Source of the DNA: Candidatus Hermodarchaeota archaeon
GTDB lineage: Archaea > Asgardarchaeota > Lokiarchaeia > Sigyniarchaeales > SOKP01
DNA: 64,000 nucleotides
Direction of reading: 5' to 3'
Assembly (NCBI GenBank): GCA_048885535.1
Contig: JBHLLO010000006.1
Span: 4,314-68,313, forward strand
Shown here in pieces: positions 49,165-58,229 of this stretch. Under the pieces are notes generated by a model. That model was not told the DNA's origin. It made no database searches and worked only from the letters and a program-made list of their open reading frames with translations. Position 1 is the first letter of the stretch; every line of letters starts with the position of its first letter. Position numbers and translations under genes: made by a program.

Positions 49165-51516
49165 ATGAGTAAAAAAGGCGCAAAATTAAAGATTGAATCA
49201 TATAAAGGACCACTAGGAACGATAAAAGGCTTTGAATTAACAGCAGGCAAGGTTATTAGTGAAGGAGATGAGACGGAATGGGAAGAAATGGGTCCAACTC
49301 CTAAACCTACTATTCCCACACTAAGAAACTGGTTTTTTAAATTAATGGAAAGATATAAGCCCTTCTATATGCCTATATGTGATATGTGTTGCTTATGTAC
49401 ATTTGGGAAATGTAATCTTTCAAAAGGTAGAACAGGTGCCTGTGGAATCAATATGGAAACTCAACAAGCGAGAATAGTTGAGATAGCATGTTGTATTGGA
49501 GCCGCCTGTCATAGTGCACATGGGGGGCATCTTTTACACTGGCTTAAGGAAAAATATGGTAATGTACCTATTAATTTTGGAAATAATATTGCCGTAGAAA
49601 TGCCAATGACTCGAATGATTATTGGAATGAAGCCACAAGACCTAGATGATTTAGAAACCGCAATGGAATGGGTTCAGTATACAATCACTCACTTATTAGC
49701 AGCAGGTCATACTGGTCAAGAATCAAATTACCTTGATTATGAATCAAAATCTTTTCTTGCAGGATTAGCTGATGCAGTTGGGATGGAAATAAGTGATGCT
49801 GTTCAAATGTGTGCATATGGATATCCAATAGGGGAACCTAATGTACCGATTGTAGAATTAGGGATGGGTACTATGGATACCACAAATAAAGCGTCGATTT
49901 TAATGGTTGGTCATAACGTAGCTCCTGGAGTTGAATTAGTGGATTACATTAGAGAGAAGGGATTAGACACTAAAGTCGATGTAGGTGCAATTTGCTGTAC
50001 TGCTCATGACTTAACAAGATATTATGATGGTGCAAAAATTATTGGTTCAATTTCAAGACAACTTCATTATATCCGTTCTGGATTAGCGGATGTAGTTATG
50101 GTTGATGAGCAATGCGTAAACCTCAGAAATCTTGAACAAGCTCAGCTTGTAGGTGCTCCTTTTATTGCTACTAATGAAAAGAATATGAGTGGACTTCCTG
50201 ATAGGACAAACGATCCAATTAATGAAATTGTTGATGATTTAGTAAGTTATAAAATACCAGGTGTACTGATCTTAGACCCAATTAAAGCTGGGGCTGTAGC
50301 AGCTGAAACCGCAATAAAAATTAAACCAATTAGAAAGTCTAAAAGCGCTGTTCCTGATGAACAAGGTTGTATTGACATGGCATACAAGTGTAATGGTTGC
50401 GGAAATTGTCAGAGAAATTGCCCAAATGATCTGCCTTTAGTAGAAGCTGTAGGATTAGCTAAAGAAGGTGATTTTTCCTTATTAGCAAGTCTTTTCGATG
50501 AATGTGTTGGATGTGGAAGATGCGAAGCTGATTGCATGAAAGATGTCTCTCCATTAAGTTTAATTATGTATGCTGCGAGAGAGCACATCAGGAGCGAAAC
50601 TTATAACTGTCGCGCTGGAAGAGGTCCAATTCAAGATTCAGAGATTAGAAATGTAGGGGCACCCATAGTATTAGGAGAAATTCCTGGAATTGTGGCGATA
50701 ATTGGTTGTGCTAACTATGCCCATGAAATTCAGGAATTATACAAAATGGCAGAAGAATTTTTAAGAAGGAACTACATTGTTTGTGTTTCAGGTTGCGGAG
50801 CAATGGATATAGGTTTAGTTAAAGATGAAGAAGGTAAAACTTTATATGACAAGTATCCTGGTGATTTCGATCGAGGAGGTTTAGTTAACGTTGGGAGCTG
50901 TGTAGCGAATCCTCACATTGTGGGAGCCGCGGTAAAAGTTCCAAACATTTTTGCTAGACGTTCTATTAGGGGTAATTTTGAAGAAATTGCAGATTACATC
51001 TTGAATCGAGTTGGGGCTGTAGGAGTAGCATGGGGTGCTTATTCTCAGAAAGCCGCTTCAATTGCAAGCATGGCTAACGGTTTAGGTATTCCCGCAGTAA
51101 TCGGTCCCCACTGTGCCGAATATAGACGAATGTATATTGGTAGATCTGATGACGAAGAAACATGGAAAGTATGGAATGCAAGAGATGGTTCAGGAGATCA
51201 TTTGGTAGGTCCAGGTCCAGAACATTTACTAACTACTGCAGAATCAATTGAACAAGCGATCTGTTTGGTTGCTAAATTAGCAATACGTCCTGCTGATAAC
51301 TCAAAGGGAAGAATGATAAAGCTTTCCCACTGGATTGATTTAGAACGTAAGTATAAAGGTGTTGATTTTCCAGAAGATCTCGAAAAATATATTCGAGTTG
51401 AAGCTGATATTCCAATTAATATGAAAGATGAAATTTTAGAATATATAAAAGGAAAAGGTTGGCAACCAAAAGAGATTGTGGATCCAACTCTTTTAAAGCG
51501 TTTATGTAGGACATAA
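49165..51516 (+). CDS. cdhA: CO dehydrogenase/acetyl-CoA synthase complex alpha subunit (archaeal CODH)
   Basis: CDMCCLCTFGKC; ACHSAH; GHN; CCTAHD; DEQC; two ferredoxin-type clusters CNGCGNCQRNCP and CVGCGRCEADC; GCA, SGC, GSC, YSQKA. Confidence 0.95.
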   Translation: MSKKGAKLKIESYKGPLGTIKGFELTAGKVISEGDETEWEEMGPTPKPTIPTLRNWFFKLMERYKPFYMPICDMCCLCTFGKCNLSKGRTGACGINMETQQARIVEIACCIGAACHSAHGGHLLHWLKEKYGNVPINFGNNIAVEMPMTRMIIGMKPQDLDDLETAMEWVQYTITHLLAAGHTGQESNYLDYESKSFLAGLADAVGMEISDAVQMCAYGYPIGEPNVPIVELGMGTMDTTNKASILMVGHNVAPGVELVDYIREKGLDTKVDVGAICCTAHDLTRYYDGAKIIGSISRQLHYIRSGLADVVMVDEQCVNLRNLEQAQLVGAPFIATNEKNMSGLPDRTNDPINEIVDDLVSYKIPGVLILDPIKAGAVAAETAIKIKPIRKSKSAVPDEQGCIDMAYKCNGCGNCQRNCPNDLPLVEAVGLAKEGDFSLLASLFDECVGCGRCEADCMKDVSPLSLIMYAAREHIRSETYNCRAGRGPIQDSEIRNVGAPIVLGEIPGIVAIIGCANYAHEIQELYKMAEEFLRRNYIVCVSGCGAMDIGLVKDEEGKTLYDKYPGDFDRGGLVNVGSCVANPHIVGAAVKVPNIFARRSIRGNFEEIADYILNRVGAVGVAWGAYSQKAASIASMANGLGIPAVIGPHCAEYRRMYIGRSDDEETWKVWNARDGSGDHLVGPGPEHLLTTAESIEQAICLVAKLAIRPADNSKGRMIKLSHWIDLERKYKGVDFPEDLEKYIRVEADIPINMKDEILEYIKGKGWQPKEIVDPTLLKRLCRT

Positions 51517-51571
51517 TTTGCCTAATTTTATTCTTTTTTTAATTTTTAATTTTTTTAAAAAGTGAAGTTAT

Positions 51572-51793
51572 TTGCACAAACATGATAAGGAAATTTTAAA
51601 ATTGTCTAAGTTATGTGAGCATTGGGCAACTCACAACGATAACCATATGGAAAGTTTCGAAAAATGGAGAGCAATTGCTGAGGAAAAAGCTTTAATAAAT
51701 ATTGTAGAAAAACTCGATAAGGCGATTAATATGATGAAAAACTGTAATGACTATTTACTTGCTGCGAAAAAAGAATTAGATAAATTATTATAA
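51572..51793 (+). CDS. CooJ-like small nickel-binding helical protein
   Basis: HWATHNDNH fits H-W-x2-H-x3-H; N-terminal HKH; helical hairpin; 55 bp after cdhA. Confidence 0.68.
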   Translation: MHKHDKEILKLSKLCEHWATHNDNHMESFEKWRAIAEEKALINIVEKLDKAINMMKNCNDYLLAAKKELDKLL

Positions 51794-51800
51794 GAAAAGT

Positions 51801-53009
51801 TTAGAGAAACATATTTATTAAAGGTAGTATTTGTTCTCTGAAATAGTCCAGCTTCTCATACATCATTTCAGGATTTTCTGAAAGTATCCATAGATATACT
51901 GGAATTTTTAGTTCAGAGTAATCAAATAATTTTTCACCTTGAATAGTAAATCCATTTAATGGGAAATTTAGGGTAATAGATGATTCTCTGAGTAATCCAA
52001 TTGAGTTATGAAAATTTGACAAGGTCTGCATGATTAAAGCTGTATTATTTAATAAAGCCTCATCAATATTGGAATCATTGTAGTTTCCAAAAATCAACCC
52101 ATCCATCGAAATTAAACTTGAAGATTTTGCTTCAATTGTGTGAGAGAAATCTTCCAAAATGTTTTCAATAATTTCTGATGTGTCAGAAACCTTCTTAAGT
52201 GCTATACTAAACATTTGCATAATAGTTTCTTTTTGATAAATAGTAGTGTCTGAGAAATCTACAGAAAAATTTTCAAATTCACTTGTTATCTGATTAAATT
52301 TATTCTTAACTACATTTATATTATCCTGCCATTGGATTGTAGATCGAAAATCCTGATCACTTTTACTCAAAACAACTAAAATGGGGGGATATTCATTTAA
52401 ATCATTTAAAGCTTTAAGAACTTGGCGAAAGTAATTCGCAGATTCTGGAAATCTATCCGAATCGTAAGTATCTACGACATATAAAACTAGATCAACTTCA
52501 GTGAAGAATAATTCAGGTCTGTTAAAATATAATTTTTCTCTATATTGAACTTGACCACCCAAATCCCAAGATATAATTGGGTAACCAAAAAAGTCTAATC
52601 GCTCTCTCTTTACACCTCTAGTAGGTAATAAAGATTTAATTATTGAGAATTTATCTTGAAGAACTGCTAAAATAGATGTTTTTCCTCCATTATCAAGTCC
52701 TATCATCAATAGTTTTTTATGGGATTTCAATTGTTCTTTAATAGCTTTTACAACAACCTGTGCAATCTTTATCCATTTAATCAAAATAGAACTGGGAACT
52801 TCTTTAACATCTGGTGGATTGTCTAACGAAATTTTAGCTAAATCTCCAATATTTCTAATATTGTAGTCAGATAATGTATCTGAAGATACTTTATCAATAC
52901 CAATGAGAGTTTCAGGTTTGAAATTTAGTACATCTTCTAGTTCATTAATAATAACATTACTTTTAAAAAAGTCTTTTACTTTTAAATTTTTAATATCATT
53001 CTCTGACAT
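51801..53009 (-). CDS. Arf/Rag-like small GTPase with N-terminal HhH-like domain and C-terminal roadblock/longin-like domain
   Basis: G1 GLDNGGKT, G2 PTRG, G3 WDLGGQ, G4 SKSD. N-terminal LIGIDKVSSDTLSDYNIRNIGDLAK; C-terminal SSLISMDGLIFG. Confidence 0.82.
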   Translation of the reverse strand: MSENDIKNLKVKDFFKSNVIINELEDVLNFKPETLIGIDKVSSDTLSDYNIRNIGDLAKISLDNPPDVKEVPSSILIKWIKIAQVVVKAIKEQLKSHKKLLMIGLDNGGKTSILAVLQDKFSIIKSLLPTRGVKRERLDFFGYPIISWDLGGQVQYREKLYFNRPELFFTEVDLVLYVVDTYDSDRFPESANYFRQVLKALNDLNEYPPILVVLSKSDQDFRSTIQWQDNINVVKNKFNQITSEFENFSVDFSDTTIYQKETIMQMFSIALKKVSDTSEIIENILEDFSHTIEAKSSSLISMDGLIFGNYNDSNIDEALLNNTALIMQTLSNFHNSIGLLRESSITLNFPLNGFTIQGEKLFDYSELKIPVYLWILSENPEMMYEKLDYFREQILPLINMFL

Positions 53010-53216
53010 GGCACATCTAAGATTTACACAAATTCTCTTTTCTCTATAATATATTTGTATTTAATTAATTAAAAAGAGTTTTATAAAATATGAAAAAACT
53101 ACCTTATAAAACTTTATTTTTGTGAAAAAAACATAATTATTTATTCTTTTTGTAACATATAAAAATTAGAACTATTATTTAGGGTTTAAAAAAAAAATAA
53201 CTGGGTAAATCTGAAA

Positions 53217-54416
53217 TTGAGTGAAAGAGTACCAGAAAATATTGTAATTTGCATTGATACTTCAAGATCCATGTATCGATCAGATTATCCTCCGTATCCA
53301 AGTAGATTAGATATCAGTATTGAAGCAGCAAAAAAGATAATAAATGAGAGATTGATGGAGGATAATATGTCTTCTTTCGCCATAGTTATATTTTCTGATA
53401 AACCCAAAAAGGTTTTGGATTTCACTAGTGTAAAAGAATCCCTTTTCCAATCTTTAGGTACATTGAAATTTTCTGGAACATCAGCAATGGGAGACGCATT
53501 AGCATTTTCCATAAAATTGATTATTTCAGAGTTAAGAAAAATCGCGGCTAAAATCCCAAGAGTTCTTTTAATATCAGATGGAAAGTTTACAAAAACTTCT
53601 ATTGATCCTATAAAGATGGCTCGCCTTGCCCAAGGATTAAATATTAAAATTGATTGCTTCCGTTTAGGAGATTCATCTTCTCTTAATATACTAAAGCGAT
53701 TAAGTGATATTACAGGAGGACGATATTATTATAATAATGATTCAGATTCTCTCTTACAAGCAGCCTTTAATTTTGCTAATTCAAATATTAAAACTTATGG
53801 AGAAACATCTAAATCCCCCATTGAAAATCCTAGCTTTCTTAGAAAAATTGCTGCCGATCTATTAAGGGTTCAGGATCTCACAAAAGATCAAGAACAACGT
53901 TTACTGCAAATGAAAGGATTAGCTGATTATAAAAAGTGTTCAATCTGTTTTTCTGATAAAAATCCCTATACTAAAAGCTCCTTTTTTGTTAGTGGTCGTT
54001 ATTGTCCAAATTGTCAAACTCCATATCATATACATTGTTTAGCATCTTGGGCAGACTCCCAAAAGGATGGAAAAATGAGGAAAGCGGGGACAGTCAGATG
54101 TCCGCATTGTTTCTACCTATTAAAAATACCCATTGAAGTATCACAAATAAGAAAATTAACTTCTTTGGTAAAACCACGAATTCAAGCGAATTCGACTAAT
54201 CAGAAACCTGAAATTGCTGCAGCTGAATTGATTAACTTTGGAGATGTTGAAAAGGATGCGCTATTTGATTCGTGTTTAGTATGTAATCTTATATTTGAGC
54301 AAGATCAAAAACTTGTTAGATGTGAAAACTGTAAGACACTTTATCATCAAAACTGTTTTGAAGAATTAAATAATAGTCAATGCAAAAGCTGTGGTGTAAA
54401 ATTGCATTTATATTAA
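53217..54416 (+). CDS. vWA (Rpn10/Ssl1-like) protein with two C4HC3 RING/PHD-type zinc fingers
   Basis: IDTSRSM (MIDAS), DYPPYPSRL, LLISDG; C.IC...CPNC...H..C...CPHC; CLVC...CENC...HQNC...CKSC. Confidence 0.82.
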   Translation: MSERVPENIVICIDTSRSMYRSDYPPYPSRLDISIEAAKKIINERLMEDNMSSFAIVIFSDKPKKVLDFTSVKESLFQSLGTLKFSGTSAMGDALAFSIKLIISELRKIAAKIPRVLLISDGKFTKTSIDPIKMARLAQGLNIKIDCFRLGDSSSLNILKRLSDITGGRYYYNNDSDSLLQAAFNFANSNIKTYGETSKSPIENPSFLRKIAADLLRVQDLTKDQEQRLLQMKGLADYKKCSICFSDKNPYTKSSFFVSGRYCPNCQTPYHIHCLASWADSQKDGKMRKAGTVRCPHCFYLLKIPIEVSQIRKLTSLVKPRIQANSTNQKPEIAAAELINFGDVEKDALFDSCLVCNLIFEQDQKLVRCENCKTLYHQNCFEELNNSQCKSCGVKLHLY

Positions 54417-54466
54417 TTAATAGTACTTCTTTCTAAAAATTATATATTAGTTAATTTGAGTTAATT

Positions 54467-55351
54467 ATGACTATAGAGAATTATTATAATTATAAAAATT
54501 TCAAATTAGGATTCGGAAATTTCAATTTACCTCCAGTTCTAATTGGTACAATGTTTTATCAAGGACAATCCATTGTCGAGAGAAAAAACAGTCAAAATTT
54601 TAATAAGGAAAAAGCAAAAAAAAGAATTCAGAATCAACAAGATTTATCTAATCAATATAAAATTCCAAACCTTATTGAAATATCAGCAGACAACCCTGAC
54701 TCTATGATCAAATATCTTGAATTTTTCCTAGATAATTTTGAACCACCTTTTGTTTTGGGAGGTTCAATTGAAGCGAGAATTTCTGGTGTTGAATATCTAA
54801 TCGAAAGAGGTGTTAAGCCTGAGGAATTCATTTACAACACCATTTCAAATCTCAAGAATAACAAAGAATGTGACTTGATTAAAAATTATAAAATAACTAA
54901 CCTTGTTGTATTAATACTAGGCTCCAATAATATGACATCTACTCAGAGATTTAATTATTTAGTCGAAAAAAGCCAATCAGATAATTCAAGTTTACTTGAA
55001 GGAATAAGAAAGTTAGGTGTAGAAAGAATATGGATTGATGGCGGTTTGTTTGACATAGAGAGTCTAGCTCATATTCTAGAAACTCAACAATTAATAAGTA
55101 CATCTCTAAAATTACCTGTGGGAACTGCTCCTAATTTATTTTTATATAAATATTCATCTCCAAGATTAAATTTAAAATTTCATACTCGCTATCGAAGAGC
55201 TAGCATTATGTTTATTGCATCTTGGTTTTCTAATTTTATTTTTTATGGAGCAATTGAAGATGCTAAAGAATGTTTTGCATCTACTTACCAAGCTGTTGAA
55301 TTTAAAAAAATTTTAAAAGCTAATAATATCAAACTTTTAGATAAGTTTTAG
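54467..55351 (+). CDS. MtrH-like pterin-binding methyltransferase (divergent)
   Basis: PPVLIGTMFYQGQSIV resembles the MtrH N-terminal P.VL.GT.FY motif; IYNTI; LPVGTAP.N; FIFYGAIE. Confidence 0.72.
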   Translation: MTIENYYNYKNFKLGFGNFNLPPVLIGTMFYQGQSIVERKNSQNFNKEKAKKRIQNQQDLSNQYKIPNLIEISADNPDSMIKYLEFFLDNFEPPFVLGGSIEARISGVEYLIERGVKPEEFIYNTISNLKNNKECDLIKNYKITNLVVLILGSNNMTSTQRFNYLVEKSQSDNSSLLEGIRKLGVERIWIDGGLFDIESLAHILETQQLISTSLKLPVGTAPNLFLYKYSSPRLNLKFHTRYRRASIMFIASWFSNFIFYGAIEDAKECFASTYQAVEFKKILKANNIKLLDKF

Positions 55352-55441
55352 CTACAAAATATTATTTTGTTGATCAAAACTTAAATAAACTTTCTTTCTT
55401 TAGAATAGTATTATTAGTTAAAAATTAGATTCTTCTAATTA

Positions 55442-56596
55442 TTGGACATAGGAAAAATGTATGCAAATCAATATAAAGATGAATTAGAAATTGAAGCAAT
55501 TAAACTAATTGATCGGGCTGAAGAACTCATTGATAAAGGTAAAGGGAATGAAGCTATAAAATTATATGAAAAAGCAGCACAAATTTATCTAGATCTAGGA
55601 AGTTACTTTAAGTTGGATGAATTATTTATCCGTATAACTCGTGTAATTTCGCAGTTTAAAAATAATATTCAAGCAGTATACAGATTAAAATCAATAATTC
55701 GGAAAACGGAAGAATTAAAATTATACGAAATTTCCGCGAAGTTATTAGTTCAATTAGGAAATATTTCATTTCAAATGAATGATTGGGAAACTGCGGGTGA
55801 TAGCTGGAGTAAAGCATCTGAGTACTTTCTTGAAGCAGATCCAGAAGAATATAATAAATTAGCATCTATTCTCTTGTTAAAAGCAGGTCAAACTTATGAA
55901 CGTTCCCAGCTTACGAAGGATTTAGGCAAACGACTTATACTAAAAGCAGTTATGATAATTAACAAGTTTGATGAACTTTATCAACAAGAAGAAAAAAAAG
56001 CTCAAATATTAATAGAAAATAAAGAATTTGAAGCAGCTGCAGATAAATTTCATACTATATCTACATATTTTAGAAGATCCCTAGATAATATGGGAGAGCT
56101 ATTAGATGAAGCAGATTCTAAAGATACTATACTCAATGCAAAAGCAAGATTCATTCATTTTATTGCCGAATATCAAGTTTTGTCGGCAATCTGTTTAACA
56201 GCTTTAAATAATCCTGATTTTAAAGAAAAAGTTCAAACTCTTGGAAACGATTCAATAAATCTTTTTAAGGAATCTATTTCACTCCTTAAAGATTATTTAT
56301 TTCCTATAAGAACAGAATTTGATAGAGAGATAATCCTAAGAATTACATTTGATACTATGTTACTAACAATTATTCAAAAAATTATAAATGTGGAGATAGT
56401 TAACAGTAGAGAATATCTGTTTAACTCAATAGAAACAAATAATGCTTTAGTTGCAAAATTAAAAAAAAGCCCTTATTTTAAAATAACAAAAAAAGTTGAA
56501 AAAGCTGGTCTTACTGAAGCTCTAAATGATTTGTTAAAAGTTAACTTAGGTCATTTTGAAAAGATAAAAAACACTCTAATCTCTCACTTTTTATAA
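55442..56596 (+). CDS. TPR/alpha-SNAP-like alpha-solenoid protein
   Basis: Repeating helical pairs EAIKLYEKAAQIY, WETAGDSWSKASEYF and FEAAADKF. Confidence 0.65.
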   Translation: MDIGKMYANQYKDELEIEAIKLIDRAEELIDKGKGNEAIKLYEKAAQIYLDLGSYFKLDELFIRITRVISQFKNNIQAVYRLKSIIRKTEELKLYEISAKLLVQLGNISFQMNDWETAGDSWSKASEYFLEADPEEYNKLASILLLKAGQTYERSQLTKDLGKRLILKAVMIINKFDELYQQEEKKAQILIENKEFEAAADKFHTISTYFRRSLDNMGELLDEADSKDTILNAKARFIHFIAEYQVLSAICLTALNNPDFKEKVQTLGNDSINLFKESISLLKDYLFPIRTEFDREIILRITFDTMLLTIIQKIINVEIVNSREYLFNSIETNNALVAKLKKSPYFKITKKVEKAGLTEALNDLLKVNLGHFEKIKNTLISHFL

Positions 56597-56638
56597 CTGA
56601 ATTAATTGTCAAGAAGAAGATCAATATTTTCTATTTAA

Positions 56639-56995
56639 TTAGAATTTGATATTTATCTGACTATATTTCAATTTGCTTATCTTTCTTACTCCATGATTTC
56701 CTGAACAGTAAATACAATCTATTAAGCCAGCTTCTTCAAGCTTTTTGATCTGAGCAGAAATATTTGCTTCAGTCATATTTAAATTCGCAGCTATGTTAGA
56801 TACATCCATTCCATTGTTATTTAGCTGAATCTGTTGAAGAATTAATCGTCGAGTCTCTGATGAAAGTGCTTTTGCGATTAACTCGATTTTGCCATCTGAC
56901 TCAATTGTAATTGATCCATCATCACTGCGGACTAATTCTAATTTAAAAGAAGAATCTAATTCTGGATTTTGACCTAAATTTTCCGTTAGCTCCAC
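56639..56995 (-). CDS. ArsR-family HTH transcription regulator
   Basis: AKALSSETRRLIL...VSNIA..LNMTEANISAQIKKLEEAGLI. Confidence 0.88.
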   Translation of the reverse strand: MELTENLGQNPELDSSFKLELVRSDDGSITIESDGKIELIAKALSSETRRLILQQIQLNNNGMDVSNIAANLNMTEANISAQIKKLEEAGLIDCIYCSGNHGVRKISKLKYSQINIKF

Positions 56996-57606
56996 TATCT
57001 CATTCAGCCCTTAATACTAGCAATTTTTTATTATTTGGGTACAAAAATAGTAAATCTAATTAGGCTTTTAAGTCTGATCTTATATTCATCATATTACTTT
57101 TGATAATATTAGTTACTATATATTACATTTGCTATCATTTTTTTGAGATAGGATTAAATTTAAGGTATAAACAAAAGCTCATAAATTATAAAAGTAATGT
57201 GCAATTAGGTAGTGAATTCTCTAACTTTTTTTAAAAATCTCCCGTATTTTAAGAATAACAATTTTTCTAGGGTACATATTTTAGTTAGAACATTATTTAT
57301 TTAATATATTATGTTTTGAACAGAAATTATATTTATTTTTTTTTCAATTTTTGTAAAAAAAAATTCATAAAAAATGTTATAAAGTTCATTTTATCTTCTA
57401 GAATCATCTTACTTAATAAGATTTCCATTAATCTCATAACAATTATCTAACAAGATCTTCTTAATTTTATGAGATAGAATTTATTATTAAGATCAATATA
57501 TTTAGAAAGCAAAAAAAAATTCATAAATAGTCGTTAAACTTTTTAAGTTACTTTGATTACATAATATTACAAAAAAAACAATTAATAATTAAGGTTGATA
57601 TAAAAG

Positions 57607-58215
57607 TTGAGTCAAAAGAAGGGTTCAAATCACTCTCAAGATGTGATTACAATCAGAATTGACCATGATTTGAGCGATAATTTAAACAAAATAAAGGAAA
57701 GGTTGGGAATTTCGAAAGCTGACCTAATAAGGAATTATTTGGATATGTCAAAATTCATGATAAAGCAGAAAGGATCAATTAAATCATTAAATAATCGTGA
57801 CTTTATAATTGTAAAAAGAAGTTATGTAAAAAAATTGATCGAAAATATGGATGAGGATGAGCAGATAAGATTAGGAGATAAATTGGCTCGTTTTATTAAT
57901 GATATTGCCCGCATAAATGGGAAAGAAGAGGATATTAAATATAAATTAGAATTTTGTGATAATTTAGGATTTTTTACAAACTTCATTGATGAAGAAAATT
58001 ATCTTTTAATTACAAAAGAATTTGGGCCACAAAAGTTTGTAGAATCATTTTTATGGAGAATTTTTAATAATAAGGAAATGAATCCAAGTTATATTGAAGA
58101 AGAAATGAAAGGAAATAAAAGTTTAAGAGCAAAATATAAAAGTGAAATTCAACCAATTACCAGATCATCATCACATTATTCCTTTGAATTTGCAAAGGTA
58201 ACTGAATCAGAATAA
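57607..58215 (+). CDS. Ribbon-helix-helix regulator with uncharacterised C-terminal domain
   Basis: VITIRIDHDL...L..IKERLGISKADLIRNYL. Confidence 0.75.
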   Translation: MSQKKGSNHSQDVITIRIDHDLSDNLNKIKERLGISKADLIRNYLDMSKFMIKQKGSIKSLNNRDFIIVKRSYVKKLIENMDEDEQIRLGDKLARFINDIARINGKEEDIKYKLEFCDNLGFFTNFIDEENYLLITKEFGPQKFVESFLWRIFNNKEMNPSYIEEEMKGNKSLRAKYKSEIQPITRSSSHYSFEFAKVTESE

Positions 58216-58229
58216 AACGAATAATGCTA

